Positions 50,613 to 60,492 of a stretch of 64,000 nucleotides of DNA are shown piece after piece; the first letter of the stretch is position 1, and each line of letters begins with the position of its first letter. The stretch comes from Candidatus Poribacteria bacterium (GTDB lineage Bacteria > Poribacteria > WGA-4E > WGA-3G). The notes beneath the pieces were generated by a model, which saw nothing but the letters and a program-made list of their open reading frames with translations, was not told where the DNA came from and searched no databases. Both the position numbers and the translations under genes were made by a program. The DNA is taken from assembly GCA_965214095.1 (NCBI GenBank), contig OZ243938.1:3232001-3296000 (forward strand), written 5' to 3'.

Positions 50613-50641
50613 TGCAACCGTTTTACTCCTAATTTGAGTCA
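50613..50641 (+). promoter_or_regulatory. ECF-type promoter
   Basis: TGCAACC-N17-AGTCA. Confidence 0.65.
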
Positions 50642-50691
50642 TAATAGTTTGATATGTGTTTGATCAAACCTTCGTATAATGGAGACACCTG

Positions 50692-53600
50692 ATGAAAAAC
50701 GACGGTGCACTTATTAGACAAATACTCAGCGGTGATCAAATCGCTTTCGCTGAACTCGTGAAAAAGTATCAAAAACAAGTTCACGTACTAGCGTGGCGAA
50801 AAATTGGAGATTTCCACATTGCCGAGGACATTACCCAGGATGTCTTTCTGAAAGTATATCAGAAACTTCACACTCTGAAAGATGTGAATCAGTTTTCTGG
50901 GTGGCTCTACGTCGTTACAACAAACCTATGCAATACATGGCTCAGTAAAAATCGGATGCACAACCAACCGTTGGAAAACATTGAGACAACCATGATAGAA
51001 AGAGACGTATATTCCCATCATATCACAGAAGAGCGAGTTAAGACCACTCTTGAATCACAACGTGAAGTGGTCAAGAAACTCCTCGCTAAGTTGAAAGAAA
51101 GTGAACGCACGGTAATGACTCTCCACTATCTCGGCGAGATGACAGTGGAAGAGATTAGCAAGTTCTTAGGGGTTTCTGCTGGAACGATAAAGAGCCGACT
51201 TCAACGTGCGCGGAACCGTCTACAGAAGGAGGAAACAATGATTAGAGAAGCACTCGACCATTTTCAAATTTCACCAAACCTAACTGAAAACATCATGCAG
51301 GAAGTATCACATCTCAAACCGACACCTCCCACCAGCAAACCCTTCGTGCCGTGGGCGGTTGCATCTTCAAGTATAGTATTGATTATGATGATGCTCGGAA
51401 TTGGGAGTCAGTACTTAGCCTATTTTCAGAAGCCGTATAGTTTTGATGCTCAGTCAGAGATGACGGTTGAACTAATTGATACACCAATAGTTCTGAATCT
51501 TGATACGCAACCGAGAGAACAATATCAGTTTGGAATTGCAAATGCAATTAGTGAAAATGATAACAGCGGACAGAATCCCGATGAAGTCTTATTAGCTGAT
51601 GGGAAAACTGAAGGTGAAGACATTTCAATACCTAAGCAAGAGTGGGTTGAATATGAACATCAGCCATTCGCTTTTCCAAGCAAATTACTTGCGACACCTG
51701 AAGGTGAACTCTACACTTTGACCGCTGGTGGACACCTCCACAAATTGAAGAGAGATGGTGAAAGTTGGGAACATCTCAATGATATAAGTTCTTTAATTGA
51801 TGATTTTATTGCTCCTGATTCACTAATGGCGGAATGGAACGGTATTCTATACCTGGTGTGGTATAATGAATTCTATGCGTCTAAAGATGATGGAAAAACG
51901 TGGGACTTGGTATATAAATGGGAAATACCTGCTGCGGGAGGGGATTTTGAAGTTCAGGAACTGGTGTTAACGGAAGAATCTTTTTATCTTGTTTACCCAG
52001 ATGCTGTTTTCCGTTCTGAGGATCAAGGAAAAACATGGAAGAATATGCGTGATGAATTTCCAAATGTTCCAGACTCTATAACTGTTTTTCAAGATACAGT
52101 ATTTGTCACATCAGGTACAGGTTTCTATCGAGGCAATGCCGGCAGTTGGCATAAGTTAGCGTTACCAATTCCTGAAACTGTCTATATTACTTCAGTCGCT
52201 GCTTCTAAAAACCGATTATATGTTATGGCAAATTTAGGATCTGACTTTGATCCCCAAGCAGCATCAGAGGGGCGGCAACGAACATGGTGGATATTTCGCT
52301 CAACTGATTTGGGGAATACGTGGAAAGATATAACACCCACAAACGCTTGGCCCATTAAAGGCTGGTACCCAGATCTGAAACTTATTGCTGCTGGAGAGAA
52401 CATCCTGCTAATGGAAAAGGGTATGGTAATGTCAACTGACGGAGGAGAATCTTGGCTGCCACCATTGAAACCCAATGCTTCACCTTCAATGGATTCCTAC
52501 TCACCTGCTGTGGTACTAAACGACCATAGCATTTATGTTGGTAGCGGCGATGGATTTCAAAGTTCCAAAGATGGTGGAAAAACTTGGGAAAGTATTAAAA
52601 TACCAGCACGGAAAAAGTTTTCAAGGAATATCATAGCTAATTTAATCGTATATGATGGAATTGAGAATTCACAAGAAACACCTTCAGCGGTCTATGTTAA
52701 GTCTTGGCGATCACTTGTCAAAACTACAGATAGAGGTAAATCTTGGAATCCTGTTGAAAAGGAAGTACGAATGACAGAACCCTTCAGGGAGGAACAACCG
52801 GAGATTCTTAGCATAGTAGAAGCTGATGATGGACTTTATGCTAAAGGGGGTAGTGGCTATGACACTGTAAAGAAAGTTAATATGTATAGAGTATCTGAAG
52901 ATGGAAACTCGCTGATTGGTATTCAAGGTTTTCCATACTTACACTCTCATTCAATAACTAACAAATTGGATAGGCATCACAGGAACCCCTTAGGGCTGTC
53001 TGATACAGCATTGGTTGAGGAACTTCAAAAGAATTACAAAGGTGCAACGCAGTTTTTCAAGGAATTAGTAGATTTGGCACAGGGAGAATTAGTAGATTTG
53101 GGACAAGGCGGTATTCAAGGCCAAATTATTCTGGTTCAACGTGATCTTATAAATAGAGGTTTAAACGGTACATTTGCGGTAAGTGGAGATACGTTCTACT
53201 TAGAATACAACTTCAAACTCTTCCGATGGACACAAGGTGAAAGAGAATTGTATGATACAGGTGTGGAAGAGACGATTGGTCTTACTATCAGGTTGTCTGA
53301 TGGCAAGTATTTACCCGCTACACTTATACCTCCCGCTGACATGCCAAAAGGACGTGCACTGGAAAAGTTTCGTGCTTTGCATAATCTCAAACTTGCTGTT
53401 TCAGGTAATACTGTCTACGTTGGGAAACGAGATGGCCACCTTCTTGTATCTTATGATAGAGGAGATAATTGGACAGATATCACACAAAGTTTGCCGCATC
53501 CGGTTATTGCGTTCAAGGATATAAAGTTCGTTGGGTCCAAAATATATGTAGCAACGGATGCTGGTGTAACTATGTCACATAATGGAATACAGTGGCATGC

Positions 53601-53826
53601 AATCACTGATGCAGATGGAACAGATCTCGTCATGGAATACTTGGCTGTTGATGGTAGAAGACTGTTTGGAATGACTGATAAAACTGGTGTTTATCTCTTG
53701 GTGAATGGCACTTGGGAACAGATTGTATCAGATACGCCTGAGAGATTTACTTCTCTTGCTATAGATGGGAATACTGTGTATGTTAGCACTATGCAACGTG
53801 GTATGCTCCACTATGTTCTTGAGTAG
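50692..53826 (+). CDS. ECF sigma factor - TM - Asp-box/BNR beta-propeller fusion (last gene of array)
   Basis: Same architecture; most divergent stalk. Confidence 0.92.
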   Translation: MKNDGALIRQILSGDQIAFAELVKKYQKQVHVLAWRKIGDFHIAEDITQDVFLKVYQKLHTLKDVNQFSGWLYVVTTNLCNTWLSKNRMHNQPLENIETTMIERDVYSHHITEERVKTTLESQREVVKKLLAKLKESERTVMTLHYLGEMTVEEISKFLGVSAGTIKSRLQRARNRLQKEETMIREALDHFQISPNLTENIMQEVSHLKPTPPTSKPFVPWAVASSSIVLIMMMLGIGSQYLAYFQKPYSFDAQSEMTVELIDTPIVLNLDTQPREQYQFGIANAISENDNSGQNPDEVLLADGKTEGEDISIPKQEWVEYEHQPFAFPSKLLATPEGELYTLTAGGHLHKLKRDGESWEHLNDISSLIDDFIAPDSLMAEWNGILYLVWYNEFYASKDDGKTWDLVYKWEIPAAGGDFEVQELVLTEESFYLVYPDAVFRSEDQGKTWKNMRDEFPNVPDSITVFQDTVFVTSGTGFYRGNAGSWHKLALPIPETVYITSVAASKNRLYVMANLGSDFDPQAASEGRQRTWWIFRSTDLGNTWKDITPTNAWPIKGWYPDLKLIAAGENILLMEKGMVMSTDGGESWLPPLKPNASPSMDSYSPAVVLNDHSIYVGSGDGFQSSKDGGKTWESIKIPARKKFSRNIIANLIVYDGIENSQETPSAVYVKSWRSLVKTTDRGKSWNPVEKEVRMTEPFREEQPEILSIVEADDGLYAKGGSGYDTVKKVNMYRVSEDGNSLIGIQGFPYLHSHSITNKLDRHHRNPLGLSDTALVEELQKNYKGATQFFKELVDLAQGELVDLGQGGIQGQIILVQRDLINRGLNGTFAVSGDTFYLEYNFKLFRWTQGERELYDTGVEETIGLTIRLSDGKYLPATLIPPADMPKGRALEKFRALHNLKLAVSGNTVYVGKRDGHLLVSYDRGDNWTDITQSLPHPVIAFKDIKFVGSKIYVATDAGVTMSHNGIQWHAITDADGTDLVMEYLAVDGRRLFGMTDKTGVYLLVNGTWEQIVSDTPERFTSLAIDGNTVYVSTMQRGMLHYVLE

Positions 53827-53897
53827 ATAGACACATCTTGAATATTAGGTGTCAAGTGTGTCATACAGCAAAACCTTTCCTGAGAGTAGTATCATTT

Positions 53898-56800
53898 TTA
53901 AAGTTCCGCGCTGACGGTCATCTCTAACCTATGCTCAGGCTTGCGTTGTTTTGTAGAAAGCAGACGGTAATTGAGTCTAAACAGCAGATCAGTAAATTTG
54001 CGTAATTTATAATCCGCAGTGGCACGCACTTCGTGGCTTATGCCTTCATAAAAATAGTATTGTGCGAAAGGGACACCACCATCACTCTTGCCATAACCAA
54101 GAGTATGGTTAACATCAATACGTCCCTTACCAAAGATACCGTAAACGATCCGATTCTCAAACGAAAAGGTGCGCGTCTTTGCATCAGGTTCATCATCAAG
54201 CTGCTCAATATCGGTTGTGCGTTTATATCCACCGGTACCACTCCAACGTAATGTCCGACTGATTTCATACTGCAGTTTCAATTCTGTTACCTGCTCAAAT
54301 TGTCGTAGATCAGAAATCGGTGTTGATGAGAATAAATCTGGGTTGGAAACATTTCCTGCCTCCATATCATCTGGATTGGTAATTCCTCCGATTTCATCGG
54401 GGTTGGAAATCTCTTCTATTTCTTCAGAGAAGTTCAGTTGGCTATATCTCTCTGTTTCTCTACGTTGTTCCCAATTAGCACCGATAGAGAGCCGTTGCGT
54501 CGGATTGACTGAAAAAGAAACATCCCATGTTCTATGTTTTCGGTGTCGTTCTTGGGTGTTAATCCGTCGGTTGAGCGACCGTCCCGTACGTAGATTACCT
54601 TCAATACTGAACTGTGGTGAGGGAGAGAATTCCACACGATGATGTTGGTTGACGCGTCCGAATAGTGTTTCTGAACCTTGAAGACTTTGGAGCAGATATA
54701 AGGATATTTCATCTTCCGCTTCCTGTTCCTCAGTAAGCCATAAACGTGTCTGGACATTAAAGGCTTTCAGGATCCGTGTGAACGGATTGATTCTTTCGGT
54801 GTTCTCATCTTGATTGATTTTACTTGAAGCCCTGCCGAAGTTACGAGATTGCCGTGCAAAGAACTGACGAGGTTGAAATCGGAGGCGGAATGCAGCATCT
54901 ACAGCAGTTGTCGGTTTGTCACCAACATTTTGGTATATCTTGATGTATGTGCCTTCTTCCGGATCCTCTACATAACGCAGGTCATCTAATCTAACGTAAA
55001 ACCCTTCTCCCGGTTGGATTCTATGTCCAGTCAGTGGATGAATATCGGTATAGATTTCACGACGTTGGGTCGTCAGTTTTTTGTCCAATTCGTAAGTAAC
55101 TTCAGCATCAATTGCACGATTGAAAGGCGTAAATTGTAGGGTCGTATCTGCCAACTGTGTTGTGGTATCTGTTCCCAGTTCTGAATGTGCTTTCACCATT
55201 CTGCGAGCAAGGTTGGTCCGTAGGTTAACCCAATTGCCTTGTTGTGAAAAGAGACCGACTTTCCAAGTTCGCGCTGTGGTAGAACGCATCCAATCTGAAA
55301 TACCGATATTCTCACCATCAAGTGCTAATAACGGTTCTTTTGCAAAAGACTGCTCCAGCTCGTAACTTGTGTGTATGGAAACCCATTTGAAATTAATCAG
55401 GTTCACACGACCAGAAGTGCGATTACGTCTACGGTTGCGAAAAGCGGAGAAATCATCCGTTGAGAGAAAGCGGTTGTATGTGCCGATAAGTTCAAAAGGT
55501 GAAAGAAGATAGGATAGACTACCCTCTTGTCTTGTCTTTTGGTAGTTTTCATCAGAATTCTGTGTTTCCTGATTCTGTTCAATATAGGATGTGCTACGAT
55601 AGTCATTCCAACGGACATTTGGCAACCATTTTAGAAACGACATTTTGCCTGTCGGTGTCTTTGGAGCAAGATCACTTTCCAACGCACTGGGTCTCCGCGC
55701 ACTATCTCTTTGATATTGTGATGATGATGAGGTGTATAGATTATCCACTTGTGGAGATACCGCCGCAAAAGCTGCACCCCGGCTTGTTCTTGGTGCGAAA
55801 TTGGCACCCCAATTGATATTATTCCGTCTGGTTGTCGCTCCTTCCAATGCAGACTCAATCGTTCTTCCTGCACCCATATCAAATTGTAACCATTGATACG
55901 GCAACAATTTGGAACCAAGATTAAAGGACTGCTCATCAGATGCTTGTGAGATAGAGGTGGGATCAAACAGAATGGCATCCTCAAAACCCTCAGTTGCGTA
56001 TTGTGTCACATATCTATCACGGTTCCGATTGTTACGAGACGCACCGACAGGCAGAAATTTTGCATCCATTGCTCGCACATCAAGATTGCCAATCAGTTTC
56101 GGACGCAGCTTATTTGTCCAAGTTGGTATGTCCCAACTTGTGCTACCAATGAGTTTCCAAGCATTACTCACATCCTTTCTATCTACTGCGGAATAGGTGT
56201 TACTATCAACTGCACTCACAGCGAATTCCCCATTTAGCCAAGTCTGTTGCGCAAGATTAAGACGACTCTCCAATCCCCATACAGTATGTTTCTGTGGCGG
56301 CACGAGAAGTGTACCATCCCCTTCTGAATCCAGTTGATGCAGACGGAGTGCAGCCAGATCATCCTCATTCAGCAAGACTAAGGCTTGATCGGGATCATCC
56401 ATATCGGCTTCTACTGCGTAAGAAGCACCGAAAGATAACCATTCTCCAGGGAAAGTCAAGACATTGTTGATTCCGTAAAGATTTTGTTGATATGCGTTAT
56501 CTTCAGGAATATACTCAAAATCAACGCGGATAACATCGTTGCTTGTAATCAGATGTTTGCTGTTGAACTCAATAATCGGATCACCGTATTCACGGATGAT
56601 GTAATCGTTGTTCTCACCGCGTCGCATCTTTTCTCCGTTTAGCCAAACAATCTCACTACCTGCCTTGACAATAACAAATTGGTTATTTACATCAAGTCGA
56701 TATTCACTACGTCCCTCCTCTCCACGAATAACTTTGCTGGTAGATTGTCCTTTTGGAAGTGCACTCGGAATGAGATGGAATTGTCCCCACGCAAAATTCC

Positions 56801-57629
56801 CTTCAACCTTGACACCCTCTAATGCTCGTGGGAAGAAGATAAATTCAGACGGTCCTAATGTTGCATTGAAATCCCCTAAAGTGCCTATCACATTGGGATG
56901 TATGATACGGATTAGTTTCTGATTAATGTCCTGTATATCTTCAGTCATGCCTTCCGGTTGAATAGGTAAATCTTGGTCAGAGAGCATTGCCAATACCTCA
57001 ATATTATCTGAGACGTTTCCACGCACATTGATTCGGAACTCCTGGTTTTGTGATAAGGAACGACCACTTCCAACAGCAATACCAAAGGTGCGACTTCCGG
57101 AATATTCTAACTGTGACGATGGTGTTGTAGAAGATGATCGGGGAGTTGTTGTCGGTTTGCTTTCCACATCAGTGGATACGTCTGTTGTTGTGGTTTCTGA
57201 CACATCGTTAGGAGATACACCAAATAGGTCTCGTTTATATATCTTCTGTAAAGTGAACGGAATTGCTCGGTAGGTTATTGTCCATGTAGTGTCTTTTTGT
57301 GCTGTGACAGATTTATCAAATATGATTTTGCCTGTTGTATAGTCAATCTGATAGTCTGTGTCTTTAACAAGCGTCTTTCCTTTATTATCTGATATCTGTT
57401 CACTATCCCAAAATATAGGTGGATATTTAATAGTCCATTCAGTTTTTTCCGTTTCCAATACGATGCTTTCGGATTTCTCAATTATGGCAAAGGTGGGTAG
57501 TTTGAGGGGTAGGTTCTGCGTTTGAAGTCCAGTTTGTGCATCAACACATACAACATAACCTAAATAAATAGAACAGATACACAATGGTAGTAGAATTTTG
57601 ATATGTCGTGCCATCCTTCTACCTTCCAT
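53898..57629 (-). CDS. Large secreted, probably outer-membrane beta-rich protein (start may be 57614)
   Basis: Signal peptide; two DYxI-type repeats; many amphipathic strands; terminal strand RLEMTVSAEL. Confidence 0.7.
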   Translation of the reverse strand: MEGRRMARHIKILLPLCICSIYLGYVVCVDAQTGLQTQNLPLKLPTFAIIEKSESIVLETEKTEWTIKYPPIFWDSEQISDNKGKTLVKDTDYQIDYTTGKIIFDKSVTAQKDTTWTITYRAIPFTLQKIYKRDLFGVSPNDVSETTTTDVSTDVESKPTTTPRSSSTTPSSQLEYSGSRTFGIAVGSGRSLSQNQEFRINVRGNVSDNIEVLAMLSDQDLPIQPEGMTEDIQDINQKLIRIIHPNVIGTLGDFNATLGPSEFIFFPRALEGVKVEGNFAWGQFHLIPSALPKGQSTSKVIRGEEGRSEYRLDVNNQFVIVKAGSEIVWLNGEKMRRGENNDYIIREYGDPIIEFNSKHLITSNDVIRVDFEYIPEDNAYQQNLYGINNVLTFPGEWLSFGASYAVEADMDDPDQALVLLNEDDLAALRLHQLDSEGDGTLLVPPQKHTVWGLESRLNLAQQTWLNGEFAVSAVDSNTYSAVDRKDVSNAWKLIGSTSWDIPTWTNKLRPKLIGNLDVRAMDAKFLPVGASRNNRNRDRYVTQYATEGFEDAILFDPTSISQASDEQSFNLGSKLLPYQWLQFDMGAGRTIESALEGATTRRNNINWGANFAPRTSRGAAFAAVSPQVDNLYTSSSSQYQRDSARRPSALESDLAPKTPTGKMSFLKWLPNVRWNDYRSTSYIEQNQETQNSDENYQKTRQEGSLSYLLSPFELIGTYNRFLSTDDFSAFRNRRRNRTSGRVNLINFKWVSIHTSYELEQSFAKEPLLALDGENIGISDWMRSTTARTWKVGLFSQQGNWVNLRTNLARRMVKAHSELGTDTTTQLADTTLQFTPFNRAIDAEVTYELDKKLTTQRREIYTDIHPLTGHRIQPGEGFYVRLDDLRYVEDPEEGTYIKIYQNVGDKPTTAVDAAFRLRFQPRQFFARQSRNFGRASSKINQDENTERINPFTRILKAFNVQTRLWLTEEQEAEDEISLYLLQSLQGSETLFGRVNQHHRVEFSPSPQFSIEGNLRTGRSLNRRINTQERHRKHRTWDVSFSVNPTQRLSIGANWEQRRETERYSQLNFSEEIEEISNPDEIGGITNPDDMEAGNVSNPDLFSSTPISDLRQFEQVTELKLQYEISRTLRWSGTGGYKRTTDIEQLDDEPDAKTRTFSFENRIVYGIFGKGRIDVNHTLGYGKSDGGVPFAQYYFYEGISHEVRATADYKLRKFTDLLFRLNYRLLSTKQRKPEHRLEMTVSAEL

Positions 57630-57640
57630 TCCTATATTAC

Positions 57641-58729
57641 TTATTCTGTTTTGTTGGCATCTGATGTAGAAATCTTCTTGAATATCACATTAAAAACTTT
57701 AATGTCTCCTGCTTCAGTATCACTTACATATACCTGTCCTTTCTGTGAAACAGCGATTCCACAAGGGTTCAAGAGCGTTTTCGCAGTGAAATCCATAACA
57801 GCACCTCCATCTTGTGTGAATATCTGAATCCTCTGATTTCCACTGTCTGTGATATATAGATAATTCCATTCGTCTAATGCAAGCCGCTTTGGATCACGGA
57901 ATTGTCCGAGTTCACTACCTTTTTCACCCCATGAAAGTGTGGGATTTCCACTGAAATCATAACTGACAATGCGATTGTTGCCAGTATCTACTACATACAC
58001 GGTGCCGTGTGGATTGATAACTATATCAGTAGGATTCCAGAACTGATCTCTATTACTACCGAAACTCCCCATAGCATTTATAGGAACAAGATTCTTACTG
58101 AATTGTATCCATCGATGATTGAGTGTGTCAACCACATATACCTCACCATTCCGACCAATACCGATTCCTTCGGGAGCGTCAAATTGATAGTCTTCCGTTG
58201 TTGTTGCGATTGGATAAAAGATACGATTCACGAGATTACAATACTGCACCCGATGATTTCCGGTATCAGCCACATAGAGCGCGTCCAAACTGAGTGCTAT
58301 GTCAGTAGGAAAATCAAATTCACCTTCACGCCACCCAAAACTACCGAATTCAGCGATAAAATGTCCATCCGTATCAATGACTTGCACCCTGTTATTCCCT
58401 GTATCTGCTACATACAACTGTTGATATGCATCTAAAACCAACCCCATAGGATTTAGAAATTCTCCTGCACCTTGTCCAGTTCTACCGATCGTTTTGATGT
58501 AACTCACCCCTAATATAGGCGGAGATTCTCGTGTTCTGATTGAAGGGACGATATCTACATTTGGGACGATTGGGGGTTGCAGTACACCTGCACTATCCGG
58601 TTCAGGCACAGCACAACTTATGAAACAGAGGAGGGCAACAAAGATAAGACATCTGCCGCAGTGAGTAAACTTTACCCTTGCTTTTCTATCTGTAGAAATG
58701 AGAGAGGGAGGTGTTGGAAACTGAACCAT
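57641..58729 (-). CDS. NHL-repeat beta-propeller lipoprotein
   Basis: Repeated F..P..I....YVADTGNNRVQ motifs; lipobox-like FISC; start moved from 58810 to ATG 58729 to remove overlap. Confidence 0.82.
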   Translation of the reverse strand: MVQFPTPPSLISTDRKARVKFTHCGRCLIFVALLCFISCAVPEPDSAGVLQPPIVPNVDIVPSIRTRESPPILGVSYIKTIGRTGQGAGEFLNPMGLVLDAYQQLYVADTGNNRVQVIDTDGHFIAEFGSFGWREGEFDFPTDIALSLDALYVADTGNHRVQYCNLVNRIFYPIATTTEDYQFDAPEGIGIGRNGEVYVVDTLNHRWIQFSKNLVPINAMGSFGSNRDQFWNPTDIVINPHGTVYVVDTGNNRIVSYDFSGNPTLSWGEKGSELGQFRDPKRLALDEWNYLYITDSGNQRIQIFTQDGGAVMDFTAKTLLNPCGIAVSQKGQVYVSDTEAGDIKVFNVIFKKISTSDANKTE

Positions 58730-58751
58730 TGAAAAATGTGAGAGCTTGACA

Positions 58752-59432
58752 TCAATCCCGTTGCACCCTAAATTTGAAAACAAAGGTTGTCTGCTGATCA
58801 TTAAATTCACTTGTCACACCGGGTACTATAATACGCATGTTATTTGATTTGGTGGTTCGTTTTGGAAAATAGATATAGAATAGCGACTTGTTTTTCGGCA
58901 TCACGTTGGTCTTCTTGAAGTCATCAGTCGGCAGAACGGCAGCATCCCCTTGAACACGAATAGTCTTGTCATAGCGGAAAACATCTGCAGCGAATTCTGG
59001 AGGTAACTTGGGTCTAAAATTCTTGGGTAAATGGAAGGAGAGTTGCGACTTATCAACTTGTTTTATTATTTCCCCTGATTGGTCAAGTAATTTGCAATCT
59101 TCCCTTCTGTAAGTAATCCATTGGTTAGTGTTATTGTAAATTAGAATAGCGAATGCATTAAGATTCTTGACCTCATGGAGTGGCACTGCCATCGCGACGA
59201 TGCCATTTTTCTTGTATATAACGGTGCCGGTTTGCGGTGTTATAATAGCATTTGGATCAAATACTGGAACAATCCGTTCCGGTTTGAAGATGTCAACAAA
59301 AAAATCACCCACCTTTGCACAGCCACCTAAATATATAGTCAGTGCTAAGATTACAGAGATTTGCAATATACATTTCCAAATATAAGGTGATTTATGTATA
59401 GTGTCTGTTGTCTTATTGTGTAATTTTATCAA
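58752..59432 (-). CDS. Hypothetical lipoprotein
   Basis: Hydrophobic stretch plus LGGC lipobox; in operon context. Confidence 0.65.
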   Translation of the reverse strand: MIKLHNKTTDTIHKSPYIWKCILQISVILALTIYLGGCAKVGDFFVDIFKPERIVPVFDPNAIITPQTGTVIYKKNGIVAMAVPLHEVKNLNAFAILIYNNTNQWITYRREDCKLLDQSGEIIKQVDKSQLSFHLPKNFRPKLPPEFAADVFRYDKTIRVQGDAAVLPTDDFKKTNVMPKNKSLFYIYFPKRTTKSNNMRIIVPGVTSEFNDQQTTFVFKFRVQRD

Positions 59433-59454
59433 AATGTATTTCCTTTTTTGTGTG

Positions 59455-60426
59455 TTACTTGTCGCTATACGCTAACATCGCTGCACCGACGAGTCCTGCG
59501 TCGTTTCCTAATTTTGCTGGTACTATTTCCATATTACCAGGGATATCCATTGCTCGTTTCGCGAATTCGGTGCGAATATGTTGAAAAAGTATGTCCTCTC
59601 CGGCTGCGGCAATCCCTCCACCGATGATGGCAATTTGAGGGTTGAGAATGTGGGCAATAGATGTTAATGCTACACCGATATATCTACCGGTCTCAGAGAA
59701 AATGTCTTTAGCAAGTTTATCCCCATCAGTTGCTGCTTGAGCGATCTGCTTCGGTGTTAATCCTTCAGGATTCAAACAGGTTTTCCTTCCCTCAGCTATC
59801 TTCTGTTGTGTACGTTCAACAATATGTCTTGCACCGGCATAGGCTTCAAGACAACCACGATTACCGCATCCGCATTCTCGTCCATCCGGTTGAACTACGG
59901 TGTGTCCCAATTCCCCAGCAGTATTCCAACTGCCGTGATAGACTTTTCTGTTGATGACTACACCACCACCGACACCGGTACCAAGTGTCAAGGCAACAAC
60001 GTTTTCATATCCAACGCCAGCACCATGGTGTAATTCGCCTAACACCATTACATTCACATCGTTATCAATATAGAGTGGAATGTTTATACCATCAAGTTCA
60101 GCAGAGACATATTCCAGTAACGGAATATCTGTCCACCCAGGGAAGTTCGGTGAAAAGTGGATAATACCGCTACCAGCGATGATGAGTCCAGGAGCACCTA
60201 AACCAATACCAATTATCTTACCTTTAATGTTATCACTATGATGAGATTCGGTATCTGCGTTGGTAATGACTTGTTGGATTGTCTGAGCAATACGGACTGC
60301 GATTGCTTTTGCGCCTTCATCTACACGAGTAGAAACGACTGTCCGGCATGAAAGTTTACCATCTGTCCCCAATAATCCAGCTTTAATATCAGTTCCACCC
60401 AGATCAATTCCGATACTATATTTCAT
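59455..60426 (-). CDS. glk: ROK-family sugar kinase (glucokinase)
   Basis: GIDLGGT, NDVN, TLGTGVGGG, GELGH, CGCGNRGCLE, LGNDAGLVGAA. Confidence 0.88.
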   Translation of the reverse strand: MKYSIGIDLGGTDIKAGLLGTDGKLSCRTVVSTRVDEGAKAIAVRIAQTIQQVITNADTESHHSDNIKGKIIGIGLGAPGLIIAGSGIIHFSPNFPGWTDIPLLEYVSAELDGINIPLYIDNDVNVMVLGELHHGAGVGYENVVALTLGTGVGGGVVINRKVYHGSWNTAGELGHTVVQPDGRECGCGNRGCLEAYAGARHIVERTQQKIAEGRKTCLNPEGLTPKQIAQAATDGDKLAKDIFSETGRYIGVALTSIAHILNPQIAIIGGGIAAAGEDILFQHIRTEFAKRAMDIPGNMEIVPAKLGNDAGLVGAAMLAYSDK

Positions 60427-60492
60427 ATATTAGAGATTTCTGCTGTCGTAGAGATTCCTTCCGATGGAAATCTGGAGTCTGCTATCAGTTTT

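Noticed and set aside
6982-53826. Diversity-generating retroelement acting on the propellers
   Set aside because: No reverse transcriptase in the window and no TR/VR pair with adenine-specific differences noticed; the 3' ends are conserved rather than variable.
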